From Candidatus Bathyarchaeia archaeon (GTDB taxonomy: Archaea > Thermoproteota > Bathyarchaeia > Bathyarchaeales > Bathycorpusculaceae): a stretch of 64,000 bases of DNA. This document shows, piece by piece, positions 39,713 through 48,623 of this stretch. The DNA lies in contig JBEKKK010000002.1 in assembly GCA_050010755.1 (NCBI GenBank), positions 1-64,000 on the forward strand. The letters run 5' to 3'. The notes beneath the pieces are model-generated. The model ran no database searches and was not told the origin of the DNA. It saw only the letters and a list, made by a program, of their open reading frames with translations. The translations under genes and the position numbers were made by a program. The number at the start of each line of letters is the position of its first letter. The stretch's first letter is position 1.

Positions 39713-40039
39713 CTAGTGGATTCTGCTTCCGATTGCAATGTCTTTTTCGGGCTGCAAGATCACCACGTTGCCCTTATCGTCCTCTGCGGCGAATACCATA
39801 CACTGGGATTCGACACCCATCATTTTGCGTTTTTGAAGGTTGAGAATAAAGGCGCACTTTCTGCCCGTGAGATCCTCGGGTTTGTACCACTGCAAGAGGC
39901 CAGCAACGGCTTGTCTCTTTTCGGTTCCGAAGTCGACTATCATTCTTATTAGGTTTCGTGACCCTGGGATTTGGTTGGCTTCCACTATTTTGCCAATGCG
40001 CAGATCGAGTTTCTGGAATTCATCAAAGGAGATTTCCAA
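39713..40039 (-). CDS. tRNA-binding OB-fold protein (Trbp111/CsaA/MetRS C-terminal domain)
   Basis: ISFDEFQKLDLRIG, NLQKRKMMGVESQ motifs. Confidence 0.9.
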   Translation of the reverse strand: MEISFDEFQKLDLRIGKIVEANQIPGSRNLIRMIVDFGTEKRQAVAGLLQWYKPEDLTGRKCAFILNLQKRKMMGVESQCMVFAAEDDKGNVVILQPEKDIAIGSRIH

Positions 40040-40080
40040 TCTTATTTCCCTGTTTCTCAGTTTTCACGCTGGTTGGGCTA

Positions 40081-40797
40081 TTAAGTTTTGCGCGTTTTCC
40101 TTCTGCGACGTATTTTTTCAATGGTTTTTTCAACGCCTTCCCAGCCTTCGACTGACTTCGAATGGACTATTTCGAAGGCTTCCTTCGAGTTCATCATGAA
40201 AAGTTCTTGACCCACGGCTCTTCTTGAAAGGTATGCTGCTGCATTCAGGATTTCGCCGTTCAAAAGTGAATCTGTGGAGTCTGCCAAGTGGCATATCAGA
40301 GCCTCAACAGTCTTCGGTCTTATCGGTCCTGCCTCGCCATGGTGTGCCGATACTATGTGAATCAGTTCCAGCGGAAAGTCCCTGCGAACGAGTTCCGAAG
40401 TTGCGAGTAACAGGTGGTCCAAGTAGTCGGCCAAGCTTGCTGAGCTGTAGCTTCCGTTCTTGTTGATCGTGTAAGTTGCTGGTTTGAATATGTCGTGCAA
40501 CAGAACGCCTGATATGACAAGGTCGCGGTTTACTTTGCCGTGGTACGTGTTCTCAACGGAGTCGCACAATGCTAATGCGAGGTTTGCTGTTGAAGCGACG
40601 TGCTCAATGTATCCGCCGGGGTAGCTGTGATGACGTGAGATGCCGGCGGGCGATGTTTTAAGTGGTAAGCCTGTGTATGTTCTGCCGTTGATTTCGATGC
40701 TGGGGTTTTTCAGCAGTTCTATGACTTTTCGGCGAAGGGGCTCGTTGCGAATTTTTTTGGCCAATGCGTTGAGTGTTGGATCCAGCAATTCATTCAC
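40081..40797 (-). CDS. HD-domain hydrolase (YhaM-like catalytic domain)
   Basis: PAGISRHHSYPGGYIEH, LLHDIFK, SAHHG and HLAD motifs. Confidence 0.85.
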   Translation of the reverse strand: MNELLDPTLNALAKKIRNEPLRRKVIELLKNPSIEINGRTYTGLPLKTSPAGISRHHSYPGGYIEHVASTANLALALCDSVENTYHGKVNRDLVISGVLLHDIFKPATYTINKNGSYSSASLADYLDHLLLATSELVRRDFPLELIHIVSAHHGEAGPIRPKTVEALICHLADSTDSLLNGEILNAAAYLSRRAVGQELFMMNSKEAFEIVHSKSVEGWEGVEKTIEKIRRRRKTRKT

Positions 40798-41483
40798 TAA
40801 CGGTTCTTAATGTCATAGAGGATATTGATTTTTCGTTTTTCTGCTGTTGCTAGGCTGTGGGCCATGAGAATGGGTTCTGGTATTCGGTTGTTCTTGGCGC
40901 AGTGCCTGACTATTTCGATGGCAGTTTCTAGAGAAATCATGTTTCCAACGCTGACGTAGACGGGTTTGCATCCTCTGTTGGTTATCACTGCTGCGCCGAC
41001 GATTTTTTGGTGGTACTCGATGAGATTCGCATCGGCTTCGGATTTTGCGGCTTTGACTTCGCCTATCAATTTGTTTTTTGCAACGCCGATTACCGGTTTT
41101 CTCAGAATGAGTCCCAGATGGCTTGCAAGTCCGCAGTGGTAAGGGTGCGCGAAACCGTGGGCGTCTACCATGAACAAGTCTGGTTGGTTGCCCAGTTTTC
41201 GGATGCACTGGATTGCGGGTTCTGCTTCTCTGAAGGAGAGTAGGGTTGGAATGTAGGGAAAACGGGTCTTGCAGAAGGCTGTTTGCTTTTCCATGGGCTT
41301 GAAGGAGTCATAATCTAGAACTGCCACGGCTCCTATTGATGTGCCTTCGGTATAGGCGATGTCTACTCCAGCTACTGTGCGGATTGTTTTGGGGAGTCTG
41401 TCCTGGAAAACGATCTTCTCGGACATGCGTAGTTGTGTTTGGTGGGCTTTCTTGGCGGAAAAGTGATGCTTGATGTTATTCAC
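40797..41483 (-). CDS. nfi: Endonuclease V
   Basis: AGVDIAY, FPYIPTLLSFRE, GLASHLG, GVAK and RIPEP motifs. Confidence 0.95.
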   Translation of the reverse strand: MNNIKHHFSAKKAHQTQLRMSEKIVFQDRLPKTIRTVAGVDIAYTEGTSIGAVAVLDYDSFKPMEKQTAFCKTRFPYIPTLLSFREAEPAIQCIRKLGNQPDLFMVDAHGFAHPYHCGLASHLGLILRKPVIGVAKNKLIGEVKAAKSEADANLIEYHQKIVGAAVITNRGCKPVYVSVGNMISLETAIEIVRHCAKNNRIPEPILMAHSLATAEKRKINILYDIKNR

Positions 41484-41509
41484 CGATGTTTTTCGGTGCC
41501 GGTGGGGGT

Positions 41510-42148
41510 TTATTTTCTGCTTTTGGCGTATTTTTCAAACTGTTTGAGATGTTTCTCGAGTTCGTTTCTTCGGATTTCTTGGGTTATGTCTCCGCGTGTG
41601 ATCTCGATGAGTTTTCTGGCGACGTCGCATTTTCTTCTTAGGCCTGGCACTAGCATGTAGGATTCGTCCATGGCCATGAGTTCGATGTAGATTTGGTCCA
41701 TTGTTTGCAGGTATTTTTCTCCTTTTCTTGTGTTACCTTCGCGCAGCGCGTCGAGCACGGCTCTTCGGCATTCGCCTATGACATCGGCCAGTCCGAGGAT
41801 GTAGTCATCGGATGGGGCATCGATTTCTTTGGGCGTTATGAACTTTGATTCTTGGACTAGCTTTAGGAATATGTTTGCTTCCGAGTATTCTTGAAGGGCG
41901 GCGCTGTGTTGGCCGCTGTAGATTATGCTGGGTTGCGATGCTGACATTTCGTTAACTGTTAGAATGTTTTTGTGGGCTTTTTCGATGGATTTTTCTGCTT
42001 CTTTTAATCTTTTTTGATGGATGAGGAGTATTGCTTGTTTGGAGAGGCTTGTTGCTTCTCTTAGGTCTTTGAAGGCTGTTTCGCGCACTTTGTCCTTGCA
42101 CATTAGCTCTTTTTTTGTTTCGTTCAGTATGGTTTTTAGTGTGTCCAT
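41510..42148 (-). CDS. Translin/TRAX (C3PO) family protein
   Basis: ALQEYSEA, YILGLADVIGE and LRRKCD motifs. Confidence 0.92.
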   Translation of the reverse strand: MDTLKTILNETKKELMCKDKVRETAFKDLREATSLSKQAILLIHQKRLKEAEKSIEKAHKNILTVNEMSASQPSIIYSGQHSAALQEYSEANIFLKLVQESKFITPKEIDAPSDDYILGLADVIGECRRAVLDALREGNTRKGEKYLQTMDQIYIELMAMDESYMLVPGLRRKCDVARKLIEITRGDITQEIRRNELEKHLKQFEKYAKSRK

Positions 42149-42244
42149 TGCGTTGGCTCCTTTTCGTATGGAATGTTTAGAATGAACGGGTATTTTATGG
42201 TATCTTCAAAAATAGGGAGGGGCGACTGTTGCCGTGTGCCTTGT

Positions 42245-42442
42245 TCATTCTTCTGGTGCTGGTTCTATCCATTTCTCTACCAGTAGTTTGGTGTCGCCGC
42301 TTGGTTTGAAGGATATCTTTACGAATATGGAGTCGGAGCCCTTGAATGGGAACATGCTGTCTTCGGCTAAGTCTTTCGGAATGTAGATGAGGAATTTGCC
42401 GTCTTTTCTTCGGAATAGGCGCCCTCGTCCGTCATTAACCAT
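42245..42442 (-). CDS. Small hypothetical protein, AbrB-like swapped hairpin
   Basis: GKFLIYIPKDLA pattern; SD-like GAGGTG upstream. Confidence 0.65.
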   Translation of the reverse strand: MVNDGRGRLFRRKDGKFLIYIPKDLAEDSMFPFKGSDSIFVKISFKPSGDTKLLVEKWIEPAPEE

Positions 42443-42729
42443 CCATCAACACCTCGATTTAATCTTTGGTTTAAGAGTAAGGGTAATGCTCAAGGGAATA
42501 TAAGCTTTGTTCTCATTTGATTCAAGAATACCTCTTGTTAATCTGGGAAGTTGTCCAATATTGAATAAACTGCAAAGAATATTGCGCATTGTTAAATCTC
42601 GTAGAACTGCGAGGATTGCTCACCAGTGTAATCGGGGCGTTCTGCGGTGGGCTGGACGCATTTCGAGTTTGGCAACCTTCGGGTTTGTTGCGCGGCTGTT
42701 TCAGGGATGAGAATGGGGTTGTCGAGTTG

Positions 42730-43911
42730 TTAGGAGTCGAAGCAGTATTGGGGTTTCTGGAATTCGGTTGCGAGTTTTGCTACGCTTTTTTTGATGGTGT
42801 CTGGTTTTTCGTTGTCGATGATTGTTCTTTTGACTAGTTCGGCTATTTTCTGCATTTCTGGTTCTTTCATTCCGCGTCTTGTGGCTTCGCAGGTGCCGAA
42901 TCTGATTACGCAGTCTGTGATTATGTTTGCGCGTTGGAGTTTTTCTGCTATGGTTCTTCCTTTTTCGTAGTTTCCATAGTCTACGATGACCTGGTGTGAC
43001 TGGGTGAAGCCTATCTGGCCGCAGACGACTGGGCAGCCGATGTCATTCAGTGCTTTTGCTAGGGTTTTCGCGTTGCGTGTGACTTGTGTGGCGTAGGCTT
43101 TGCCGAATCGTTTCATTTCTGCTAGGGCCATTGCGAGGGCTGCGATGCGGTTCCAGTGGGCGTTGTCTACGAAGGCGGGGTAGATTTTTTGTTTTAGGGG
43201 TTCTCCGATTTCTTTGTTTGCGAGTAGTATGCCTCCTTGTGGGCCGAAGAGGCTCTTGTGGGTTGAGCCGAACAGGGCTTCTGCTCCTTCGCGAAGTGGG
43301 TCTTGGAATTGTTGGCCGGCGATGAGTCCTAGGACGTGGGAGCCGTCGTATCCTACGGTTGCGCCGTTTTCGTGGGCGATTTTGGCCATGGTGGCGAGTT
43401 GGTATGGGAAGAGTATGAGGCTTGCGCCGAAGATGACTATTCGGGGCTTGTGCTGTGTTATGGCTTGTTTGGCTTCTTCGGTTTTTATGTTCCAGTCTGT
43501 TTTTGAGAATGGGAAGGGGATTGTTTTGAGTTTGAAGAGTCCTGCGAGGCCTTCGTTCCACATTCCGGGGTATCCTCCGTCTTCGGGGCTGATGCACATG
43601 AGGGTGTCGCCGGGTTTTGTGAGGTTTGCCAGGATGATGGTGTCGGCGATGTGTCCTGAGAGGGGTCGCAGATCCGCGGTTTCGGCTTTGAAGAGTTCTC
43701 TTGCGAGTTTTTCGCCGGTTTGTTCGATTTCGTCGGTGAAGTGTGTTCCCATGTAGAACCGATCTACCGAGGTGTAGCGGTGTGCGAGTTCTGAGCTGAG
43801 AAGTTTGCGCGCTGTCGGGCTCATTATGTTCTCGGATGGGATTAGGTTTAAACACTGTTTGCCGCGCCACTCTTCATGCTTTTTGACCAGGTTTAGAATT
43901 TCCTCGCTCAT
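42730..43911 (-). CDS. glyA: Serine hydroxymethyltransferase
   Basis: LNLIPSEN, YDGSH, GSTHKSLFGPQGG and TRRGM motifs. Confidence 0.95.
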   Translation of the reverse strand: MSEEILNLVKKHEEWRGKQCLNLIPSENIMSPTARKLLSSELAHRYTSVDRFYMGTHFTDEIEQTGEKLARELFKAETADLRPLSGHIADTIILANLTKPGDTLMCISPEDGGYPGMWNEGLAGLFKLKTIPFPFSKTDWNIKTEEAKQAITQHKPRIVIFGASLILFPYQLATMAKIAHENGATVGYDGSHVLGLIAGQQFQDPLREGAEALFGSTHKSLFGPQGGILLANKEIGEPLKQKIYPAFVDNAHWNRIAALAMALAEMKRFGKAYATQVTRNAKTLAKALNDIGCPVVCGQIGFTQSHQVIVDYGNYEKGRTIAEKLQRANIITDCVIRFGTCEATRRGMKEPEMQKIAELVKRTIIDNEKPDTIKKSVAKLATEFQKPQYCFDS

Positions 43912-44093
43912 GTCTGGATGCCTCGAACCCAATACTGCTCATTTCAGGCTTAAGTTGCTTTTCGTTGACGCACGTTTGCTCGCACGCACCTGCTTCCATG
44001 ATTCTGGGGCGAATATTTTTTGGTGCCTTACGTTCGGGTTCAAGGAGTGGTTTAGCAGGATCATTAGTGTGAAGCTTACGAGTGGCGCGATCG

Positions 44094-44168
44094 GCCCCTC
44101 CCTTTTTTTTCTTTACATCAGATGTAATGTTGCAATTTAATGTTGCTTTGTAAGTTTTCCATGTTGCG
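44094..44168 (-). repeat. Dispersed repeat copy 10 (subtype A)
   Basis: + strand reads GCCCCTCCC-T8-CTTTACATCAGATGTAATGTTGCAATTTAATGTTGCTTTGTAAGTTTTCCATGTTGCG. Confidence 0.95.
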
Positions 44169-44377
44169 CGGGGGCGTTCCGAGAAAGGCAGGGACTTGTT
44201 GGGCGCGAGTTGCAATATTGTGTTTTTCATCATCCATCGTGGATGGTTTATTGTCAAACAGCCGGGACGTCGGACGGAACCGTTAAGAAGGGGAAACCGT
44301 TTTGTGGCTGATTTCGGAATTGACATCCGAGTGAGGGTTGTGGGGCGATGAAAAGGTAAAGTTTAAAATGCACCCTA

Positions 44378-46561
44378 GTGTTAGAGTTGTTCACAATCTT
44401 GGATGTATGGTTCGAGGGAAGACGGTTGGCGAAGATTCGGCTTAGAGCCAAACAGTTGACGTGTTTGTTCTTGATGTTTACATCTGTGCTGTTGGGTTTT
44501 TCATTCTTGCCCAGGGCCAAGGCTCAGATGGAGGTGTTCTCCGTTACTCCTACGACTGGAAATGTGGGTACTAACGTTACGGTGGTGGCGAACCTGACTA
44601 CGGTGAATGGGGCGTATAATGTTGCTTTTAATGGGGCAGTTCTTGCGGTTGGAACTGCTGTTGGAAACAGTGTGACGGCTTCGTTTTTCGTTCCGGAAGC
44701 CGCGGCCGGCAATTACACGGTAACGGTAAACGATGTGAGCGCTAATGAGAGCGCCACGTTTGAGAACTTCACTGTTTTGACAGCGTATTTCCTGAATGTG
44801 ACTGTGCCTCCCGCTCCCGCCCAGTTTCAGGAAGGCAACTCGGTGCCGATTTCGTTTAATGTGACTGGTGATGGTGCCGACGTTGCTGAAGACGCTCAGA
44901 TTGAGGTTGTGAACCCAGATGGTTTATCATATCAAGAATCGGTAGGCCTTGTAACATCAGCACTTGGAAGCGGCGTCGTAACGGTGCCTTATCCTGGGAA
45001 TTTCACTTCGGGCGCTAACACGAACTTCGTTGGCATTTACACCGTTTCCACTGTTGCTAACGGCACTTTGGTGTCGCCAATCGGGTTCCCGGTGGGCTTG
45101 ACTAATTCGACGGAATATCACAGGCTGCAGACGGTTTACATAGTGGCAACCGGATACAATGTTAACGAAAATGTCACGCTGAATGTGACGGGAACCAACG
45201 TTCAATATTCCGTGAACTTGACCGCCACCCCTGCGGGTTTAATCAATTTTTCGGGCTTTGTAGTACCGACGAATGCGACTGTGGACAACTACACTGTGAG
45301 CATTGTTTCAACAGAGATCGCTCTTCCTACGGCGAAGGTTCCTCCAGATACCCAGGTCTTCGAGGTTCCAGGTTTTGCTTTCAATGTGACTACGGTGAAT
45401 TTGGCCGGAGAGGCTGTGCCAGGCGTCGTTGTTGAGGCGTTTGAAAACGGGACGTCGGTCAGCAATCAAACGGCCGATTCGAATGGTCTGACGGTGTCTA
45501 TGCTTGAAATTGGGAACTTCACTTTGGAAGGATTTTATCAAGCTGTAGAGGTCGGAGAGGGCAATTTTACGGTGAACAACACTGAGACAGGTAATCTTGT
45601 GCTCAATCTTACGGATCTTGGCGTTAAGGTTGTTGCATTTGTGAACGGCAATGAAGTGGGTATTCCCGAGGCGGGGGTGAACTTGACGCCTGTGGACGTG
45701 ACTTTGTTTACTGATGTCAACGGAAATGCGGAAGAGCAATCGTTGCTGCCGAATAGTACCTACGATCTGACAGCGGGTCGGTACGATACGCTGTTCAACG
45801 CGACGAACGTTATTGAGTCTTCTTCCAATAGCACTCTGTCCAACGGAACGATTTTGAATCTTTTTGTTGGTGAAAGTCCAGTTGCAGTCTACAACGTGAC
45901 CATAGCTTGTCCGTCGTTCGCGTTGCAAATCGTGGCCTTGGAGGCGAGTGGGCAGCCGTTTAGTAATGCGACGGTGGAGGCAAGCGAGCTGGCTGGCGGT
46001 ATTAACTATGAAGGAAGTACAGATTCGAGTGGTGCTGTCGTTTTCCAGAATGCCACTTTTGGCGAGTACTATGTGGAAGTTTTTGACAGTGCTGGAACGG
46101 AGATTAACAGCACAACGTTGGAATTGTTCCAGGATCAAAATGTGACCGTGAACTGTTATCTCTACGGCTTGAGTATTTCGGTAACTGTGACTGATTACTT
46201 TGGTCAACCTTTTGGGAACACAGAGGTAACGTTGCAGGGAAATGGTGTTCAGCCTGTTTCGAGTAGAACACAGGCCAATGGCACGGTTACGTTCGCCAAT
46301 CTGGTAGGGCAAAGTTACAACGTCTCGGTTTACTTGTCAAATAATGGTTCGCCGAATTACGTGGCGAATCTTTTTGTTGACGGTTCAACGGCGGTTTCGA
46401 TTAAGATGAACAGGTACGTGTTGCTGGCTGGCGATCCAGTGGAGACAACTCAACTGGTTGTGGTCATAATCATCGTACTGACCGTGCTTCTGGTGCTTGT
46501 GTTTGAAGTATTCAGGAGAATGAGAGGCAGGGGCAAGAAACAGACGGTTGAGTCGAAATAA
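44378..46561 (+). CDS. Cell-surface glycoprotein with repeated Ig/prealbumin-like folds
   Basis: Signal peptide, many NxT/S sequons, repeated TDxxG motifs, C-terminal TM and basic tail; start uncertain. Confidence 0.8.
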   Translation: MLELFTILDVWFEGRRLAKIRLRAKQLTCLFLMFTSVLLGFSFLPRAKAQMEVFSVTPTTGNVGTNVTVVANLTTVNGAYNVAFNGAVLAVGTAVGNSVTASFFVPEAAAGNYTVTVNDVSANESATFENFTVLTAYFLNVTVPPAPAQFQEGNSVPISFNVTGDGADVAEDAQIEVVNPDGLSYQESVGLVTSALGSGVVTVPYPGNFTSGANTNFVGIYTVSTVANGTLVSPIGFPVGLTNSTEYHRLQTVYIVATGYNVNENVTLNVTGTNVQYSVNLTATPAGLINFSGFVVPTNATVDNYTVSIVSTEIALPTAKVPPDTQVFEVPGFAFNVTTVNLAGEAVPGVVVEAFENGTSVSNQTADSNGLTVSMLEIGNFTLEGFYQAVEVGEGNFTVNNTETGNLVLNLTDLGVKVVAFVNGNEVGIPEAGVNLTPVDVTLFTDVNGNAEEQSLLPNSTYDLTAGRYDTLFNATNVIESSSNSTLSNGTILNLFVGESPVAVYNVTIACPSFALQIVALEASGQPFSNATVEASELAGGINYEGSTDSSGAVVFQNATFGEYYVEVFDSAGTEINSTTLELFQDQNVTVNCYLYGLSISVTVTDYFGQPFGNTEVTLQGNGVQPVSSRTQANGTVTFANLVGQSYNVSVYLSNNGSPNYVANLFVDGSTAVSIKMNRYVLLAGDPVETTQLVVVIIIVLTVLLVLVFEVFRRMRGRGKKQTVESK

Positions 46562-46669
46562 GTAGCTTTGAAGAAAAAAGTTTATATGACGTTCAAGGCA
46601 TGATATTGCTTAAGAGACTTAGCTGACGACGCAGTTTTGTGAATGAAATGGTCAAAGGAAGTGGAAACA

Positions 46670-46957
46670 ATGACACAGGTTAAGGCTTGTTCTCCAACGT
46701 GTCAATCCTTCAAGTGCTCAAAGGACGCAACTGTTCCCCGCCGGGATGTCGTGTGGTGCAGATGGACGGAGGAGACGTGCGCCATAGCAAATTGCACGTA
46801 TGCGATGTGCTTGAAAAGGCGGCTTTTGCCAAGAGGCGTGTGTGGAGAAACAATCAAGAGGAAAACTGTTGAAAAAGAGCCAGACGAGGTCGTGGGCCCC
46901 GCGATAAAGCTTCGCGGCAGAGCGGCCCGAAAGATCGGAGAAAAGGAGATATTCTAA
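46670..46957 (+). CDS. Small Cys-rich hypothetical protein
   Basis: Eight Cys residues (CSPTC, FKC, WC, C..C..C, GVC). Confidence 0.65.
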   Translation: MTQVKACSPTCQSFKCSKDATVPRRDVVWCRWTEETCAIANCTYAMCLKRRLLPRGVCGETIKRKTVEKEPDEVVGPAIKLRGRAARKIGEKEIF

Positions 46958-47019
46958 ACCGGGACTTTCAGAAGTGAGAGAGCGAGTTACAGAAAAATCC
47001 TATTCTATTTTTCTCTCTT

Positions 47020-47187
47020 TCACTTGGCCTGAATACGCTTGACAACGGGCGGCTTCGCTTTGCGCAGGATTCTGTAGCCGCAGACAATGCATTTAGTTTC
47101 CCCGCCCCGCATCTCCAGTTCTTCAGAGGGAACTTTTGCTCCACACCTTACGCATTCATAAACTATGCCGGCTGGTAACCTTTCCAT
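47020..47187 (-). CDS. rpoP: RNA polymerase subunit P/Rpo12 (not in ORF track)
   Basis: VYECVRCG...TKCIVCGYRILRKAKPPVVKRIQAK. Confidence 0.93.
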   Translation of the reverse strand: MERLPAGIVYECVRCGAKVPSEELEMRGGETKCIVCGYRILRKAKPPVVKRIQAK

Positions 47188-47398
47188 GATAACCCTCTTC
47201 CTAAGAAGGAAATCCGTTCTGCATTTAAATGTTTTCCAGAGATTTCCATATCCATAGCCCGGCCTGCGGCAACGATCATGAGTCTCCGGAAGGATCTTGA
47301 GGAGAGCGTTTCTTTTTGCCAGACGAAGCGTCGTTCATGAAAGAGTTTTATAGTTATGAAGCAGAAGGGAATTGGAGGGATAGCTCATCAAGAAGAAG

Positions 47399-47662
47399 TT
47401 GATGGAAATACTCGCCTGTCCAATTGACAAATATTACCCCCTTGAACTGGTTGTCTTTGAGGAAAAAGAAGAGATCGTGGAAGGGATGATTATCTGTCCG
47501 AAATGTTCAAGGTGGTACCCGATACGCGATGAGATTCCTGAAATGCTGCCAGATGAGTTGAGAGTTGAAAAGGATGACTTGCCCTTCTTAAAGAAGTGGA
47601 AGGCTAAAACTCCTGAGAAGATTCTGAAGGAGGGGCAGCCGTTCAACCTGGGAAAACGCTGA
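47399..47662 (+). CDS. Trm112 family methyltransferase activator
   Basis: LMEILACP...CPKCSRWYPIRDEIPEMLP. Confidence 0.92.
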   Translation: MMEILACPIDKYYPLELVVFEEKEEIVEGMIICPKCSRWYPIRDEIPEMLPDELRVEKDDLPFLKKWKAKTPEKILKEGQPFNLGKR

Positions 47663-47675
47663 CAATCTGCTTTGT

Positions 47676-48623
47676 CTATTTCAATTTTATTATTCTGTCG
47701 GTCATTGAGGATTTTATAGCAGATTCAGCTATCCTGAGCGCTTTCAGGCCGTCGAGGCCTGTTACCAGCGGTTTCTCTTTCTTAAGGATGCAATTTGCGA
47801 AGTGCTGAAGCTCAAGTTTTAGGGGTTCTTGGATTTGGTATCTCGGCTGCATCGTTTGCGTTGCGTCTTCAACTGTTAACTCTTGGGTGATGTAGTCGAG
47901 TTTCAATATAGCGTCGCTGCCAGTGGCTGTCAGAATTCGAGTCTTGTACGGCGTCAGCCAGTTGGATTCGATGAACGCGCTTTTTCCTCCTTCGAAGGTT
48001 AGCATTATCTGGGCGTAATCCTCAAATTTTTTGTGTTTCATGTTTCCAGTCTTGGCGTAAACGGAAATCGGGTCTTGGTTGAACAGGTATAACATTACGT
48101 CTATGTCGTGAATAGCGGTGTCTTTGACTACGCCGACGTCGCCTATTCTTTCAGGCCATTGAGAAACTCTCTTGGCGGTGGCGCATACGAGTTCCCCGAT
48201 TGATTTGTTTTCAACTGCTTTTTTCATTTCTCGTAACCCTGGGATGAACCGCATCAAGAATCCGACGGTGAGGAGTACCCCCATTTTTTCAGATGCGGCG
48301 AGAAGTTTCTCTGCCTGTTTCGTGTTTGCGGCCATGGGCTTCTCGACGAGGACGTGTTTTCCATGCTCCACAGCCTTGGTGGCTTCCTTTGCCAGGCTAG
48401 TTGACCATGTGCAAACGCTCACGGCTTCGATGTCTTCGTTCCTGAGCATCTTTTCCACGCTGCTGTAGGGTGTGACGCCTAGCTGTTTGGCCAGGTTGTT
48501 GGCCCTTTCAGCGTCTATGTCGCATATGGCCAGGAGTTCTGTTTCTGCCAGTTCCTTGTATGTTCTCGCGTGGTTTTTGCCCCAGGAACCTGTTCCTATC
48601 ACGGCCGTTTTTACTTTGTTCAT
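47676..48623 (-). CDS. Gfo/Idh/MocA oxidoreductase (UDP-sugar 3-dehydrogenase-like)
   Basis: IGTGSWG, HVLVEKP and DTAIHDID motifs. Confidence 0.9.
   Translation of the reverse strand: MNKVKTAVIGTGSWGKNHARTYKELAETELLAICDIDAERANNLAKQLGVTPYSSVEKMLRNEDIEAVSVCTWSTSLAKEATKAVEHGKHVLVEKPMAANTKQAEKLLAASEKMGVLLTVGFLMRFIPGLREMKKAVENKSIGELVCATAKRVSQWPERIGDVGVVKDTAIHDIDVMLYLFNQDPISVYAKTGNMKHKKFEDYAQIMLTFEGGKSAFIESNWLTPYKTRILTATGSDAILKLDYITQELTVEDATQTMQPRYQIQEPLKLELQHFANCILKKEKPLVTGLDGLKALRIAESAIKSSMTDRIIKLK

Noticed and set aside
42208-42223. AAAAATAGGGAGGGGC as a + strand repeat copy breaking polarity
   Set aside because: Only the tail is present, with no TTACA boxes or palindrome; it reads as a C/T terminator-like tract after the small - strand gene.
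1341-44326. ORFs containing CNITSDVKKK(R/K)GG (1341, 8557, 17875, 37166, 43874)
   Set aside because: These are translations of the non-coding repeat with unrelated flanks and inconsistent starts.
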